Source of the DNA: Vicinamibacterales bacterium
Lineage (GTDB): Bacteria > Acidobacteriota > Vicinamibacteria > Vicinamibacterales > CAVVIG01
Direction of reading: 5' to 3'
NCBI GenBank assembly: GCA_036848175.1
Contig: DAIUKO010000006.1
Location: 1-62,284, forward strand
DNA length: 62,284 nucleotides
A model generated the notes under the pieces. That model made no database searches and was not told the DNA's origin. It saw only the letters and a list, made by a program, of their open reading frames with translations. Shown here in pieces: positions 60,629-62,284 of this stretch. The translations under genes and the position numbers were made by a program. Each line of letters starts with the position of its first letter. Positions within the stretch are counted from its first letter, which is position 1.

Positions 60629-62026
60629 ATGTCGCCGCGTCTCGCGCGCATCGCAATCGCCTCGGTGGCGATCGCGCACGCCGCGCTGTTCATCGTCTAC
60701 CAACGGCCCGACTGGGACACGCAATGGACCGATCAGAACGGGTACATGATGCTCGGCCGGAACCTCGCCGAAACGGGACGCTACACGCGATTCGCGGCGG
60801 CGCAGGACTACGTACCCGAAGCCATTCGCACGCCGATGTACCCGGCGTTCGTCGCGCTGCTCGATCTCGTCTTCGGTGAAAGCCGTGTGGCCATTGCGTC
60901 GGTGCAGGCAGTTCTGTTCGCGATCATCTGCCTGCTCGTCTACGAAATCGCTCGAGCCGCGACGACTGAGCGCATCGCGTCCGCCGCCGGCCTTCTGACG
61001 GCGATGTACCCGCCGCTGCCGTATTTCGGCGCGCTCGTGCTCACCGAGGTCTTCACAACGGGTCTCGTGACCGCGGGCATGGCAGTCTGGCTCGCGGGCC
61101 TTCGCAGAAACTCGACGGGACTCTTCGTCGGGAGCGGCGCGATCTTTGGAGCGACCGCGCTGACGCGGCCGGCATTCGAGTACCTGCCGCTGTTCCTCGT
61201 TGCCGCCGCCGTCGTCGCCGCGCGCGAGAACCGGCGCCTCCGATGGCGTGCCGGCGCGATCATGCTCGCCACCTTCTGTGCCGTCATCGCGCCGTGGCTG
61301 GCGTACAACGCGGTGTATTTCAAGACGCTGACGTTCACGCCCGCGGGTGGTCCAGGACGGCAGCTGTTCGAGGGGTCGTGGCAGGCGGAATTGCCGGGCC
61401 GTGTCGAAGCCGAGCTGACGACGCTGGCCGACTCGAACTCCAATCGACAGGAGCTCGACGATAAGGTCCGAGCCGTAGCGGCACGAACCGGAATGCCGGC
61501 CGAGCCGATGCTGCGCTACGTGCATCAGCATCAGGACATCCGGAAGATCTGGGTCGACCCGGTCGAACCATGGGAGCGGATGCGCTCGCGTATCGAAGCC
61601 GACCACGAATACTTCCGCGTCGGCATGGAAAACATCCGTCTGCATCCGGTCCGTTACATGTGGCGGCGCGCCACACGCGGAACCTTCCTGCTCTGGGCGG
61701 CTGAAATTCCAGTGCGCTACTCCGACATCAACCGGCTATCGCCGCTGACGATCCGCGCCATCTGGTTCGTGCAGGTCGTGCTCATGGTGCTGGCGCTGTG
61801 CGGCGGCGTCGTGCTGGCGCGGCAGGGCGCGGTCACGGAGGCGTTCGCGATGGCCGCGCTCATCCTTTACGTCTCGGCCGTACACGTGCCGCTATATTCG
61901 GAAGCGCGCTATTCACTGCCGGCAAAGCCGATGGTCCTGCTGCTCGCCGCAGCGGCAATCGTGGTCGCGGCTGAACGATGGGTGGCGAGGCGCACAAGCT
62001 ACCGCCCTCTCAGTCACAGGTCGTGA
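60629..62026 (+). CDS. GT-C-like polytopic membrane glycosyltransferase (ArnT/PMT-like)
   Basis: 465-aa ORF with many TM helices and an acidic first loop YQRPDWDTQWTDQNGY. Starts 9 nt after the GT4 stop. Confidence 0.75.
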   Translation: MSPRLARIAIASVAIAHAALFIVYQRPDWDTQWTDQNGYMMLGRNLAETGRYTRFAAAQDYVPEAIRTPMYPAFVALLDLVFGESRVAIASVQAVLFAIICLLVYEIARAATTERIASAAGLLTAMYPPLPYFGALVLTEVFTTGLVTAGMAVWLAGLRRNSTGLFVGSGAIFGATALTRPAFEYLPLFLVAAAVVAARENRRLRWRAGAIMLATFCAVIAPWLAYNAVYFKTLTFTPAGGPGRQLFEGSWQAELPGRVEAELTTLADSNSNRQELDDKVRAVAARTGMPAEPMLRYVHQHQDIRKIWVDPVEPWERMRSRIEADHEYFRVGMENIRLHPVRYMWRRATRGTFLLWAAEIPVRYSDINRLSPLTIRAIWFVQVVLMVLALCGGVVLARQGAVTEAFAMAALILYVSAVHVPLYSEARYSLPAKPMVLLLAAAAIVVAAERWVARRTSYRPLSHRS

Positions 62027-62200
62027 GACTGCGGCGTGCGCGGGCGAGGGATTATCCGCGAGGACGCGGGAGCCGCTGGGAAGTGACCGGCCGTTTCTCG
62101 CGTTCACGCATTGAACGTCTTAGTACACCGCGTTGTCAAGCGGCAATTTGCGCCCGCTCGGCTTGGCGAGCCGGGCCGTTTGTGCCAGACTCTCGCCATT

Positions 62201-62282
62201 GCGGATTGAGGATTGCGGATTGCGGATTTATTGGCGATTGGATCCGTCAGGTTGAACGCTTGAATCCCTCAATCAATCCGCT
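62201..62282. repeat. GCGGATT heptamer array with a partial inverted copy, at the window edge
   Basis: gcggatt gaggatt gcggatt gcggatt (62201-62228). The reverse complement of tcaatccgc (62274-82) is gcggattga, which equals 62201-09. Confidence 0.8.
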
Positions 62283-62284
62283 AA

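Noticed and set aside
59384-61645. 753-aa minus-strand ORF antisense to the plus-strand GT4 and GT-C genes. Similar long ORFs occur at 40197..42038 (+), 36025..38157 (+), 1766..3238 (+) and 9906..11498 (-).
   Set aside because: Extreme Arg/Ala/Gly/Pro/Asp bias with no recognisable motifs. Each lies opposite or out of frame to a gene with clear family signatures. This is the typical long shadow ORF of high-GC DNA.
62027-62200. Rho-independent terminator downstream of the plus-strand GT-C gene, e.g. gctcg-gcttgg-cgagc around 62150-62175 followed by ccgtttgtg.
   Set aside because: Only a 5-bp stem and an interrupted, weak U-run. This is not distinguishable from chance in this sequence.
1-62284. 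Search for tRNA/rRNA genes, IS elements, integrases, phage or toxin-antitoxin/defence modules.
   Set aside because: No cloverleaf-like or rRNA-like segments, no transposase/integrase/recombinase motifs, and no terminal inverted repeats bounding a gene were seen. The non-coding fraction is too small to hide them, apart from the last ~260 nt.

Overview
Visibly GC-rich bacterial chromosomal DNA (by eye in the high 60s %, not computed), almost entirely coding. It is essentially one very large cell-surface glycan (O-antigen/EPS-type) biosynthesis locus. About 55 supported genes run head-to-tail on the minus strand from 59387 to the left edge; the last, a sugar C-methyltransferase, is cut by the edge. 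Two glycosyltransferase genes (GT4 + GT-C) diverge on the plus strand at 59405-62026. They are followed by ~260 nt of lower-GC non-coding DNA carrying GCGGATT heptamer repeats. Recognised content:
- Export: a Wzm/Wzt ABC exporter plus a second, orphan, extended Wzt.
- Nonulosonic (sialic-like) acid genes NeuC/NeuB/NeuA.
- Sugar tailoring: a WecE-type 4-aminotransferase, three extended-SDR epimerase/dehydratases, several SAM methyltransferases, split and fused transketolases, two AsnB-type amidotransferases, and a carbamoyltransferase with SxtJ/SxtK-like partners.
- Transferases: GT4 enzymes, three polyprenyl-phosphate-sugar-type GT2 enzymes, and six large polytopic (GT-C/GT87-like) membrane proteins.
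- Other: an APH-type kinase, a HAD phosphatase, two Fe(II)/2OG dioxygenases, an aldolase/ATP-grasp/amidohydrolase cassette and one winged-helix regulator.
No rRNA, tRNA, CRISPR, transposase or integrase was recognised. Starts were refined by hand from the ORF track, because many entries carry Arg-rich N-terminal extensions typical of high-GC DNA. All family calls are motif recognition from memory, not searches. Most noteworthy:
1. A methyltransferase-GT4 fusion whose Pro-rich linker is built from a GGGATTY heptamer satellite.
2. A WbdD-like coiled-coil methyltransferase coupled to the orphan extended Wzt.
3. Paralogous membrane-anchored beta-domain proteins placed in front of GT-C modules.
4. 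An uncharacterised five-gene tailoring cassette next to WecE.
5. Extreme stop/start coupling (ATGA/GTGA/TTGA) along ~59 kb.
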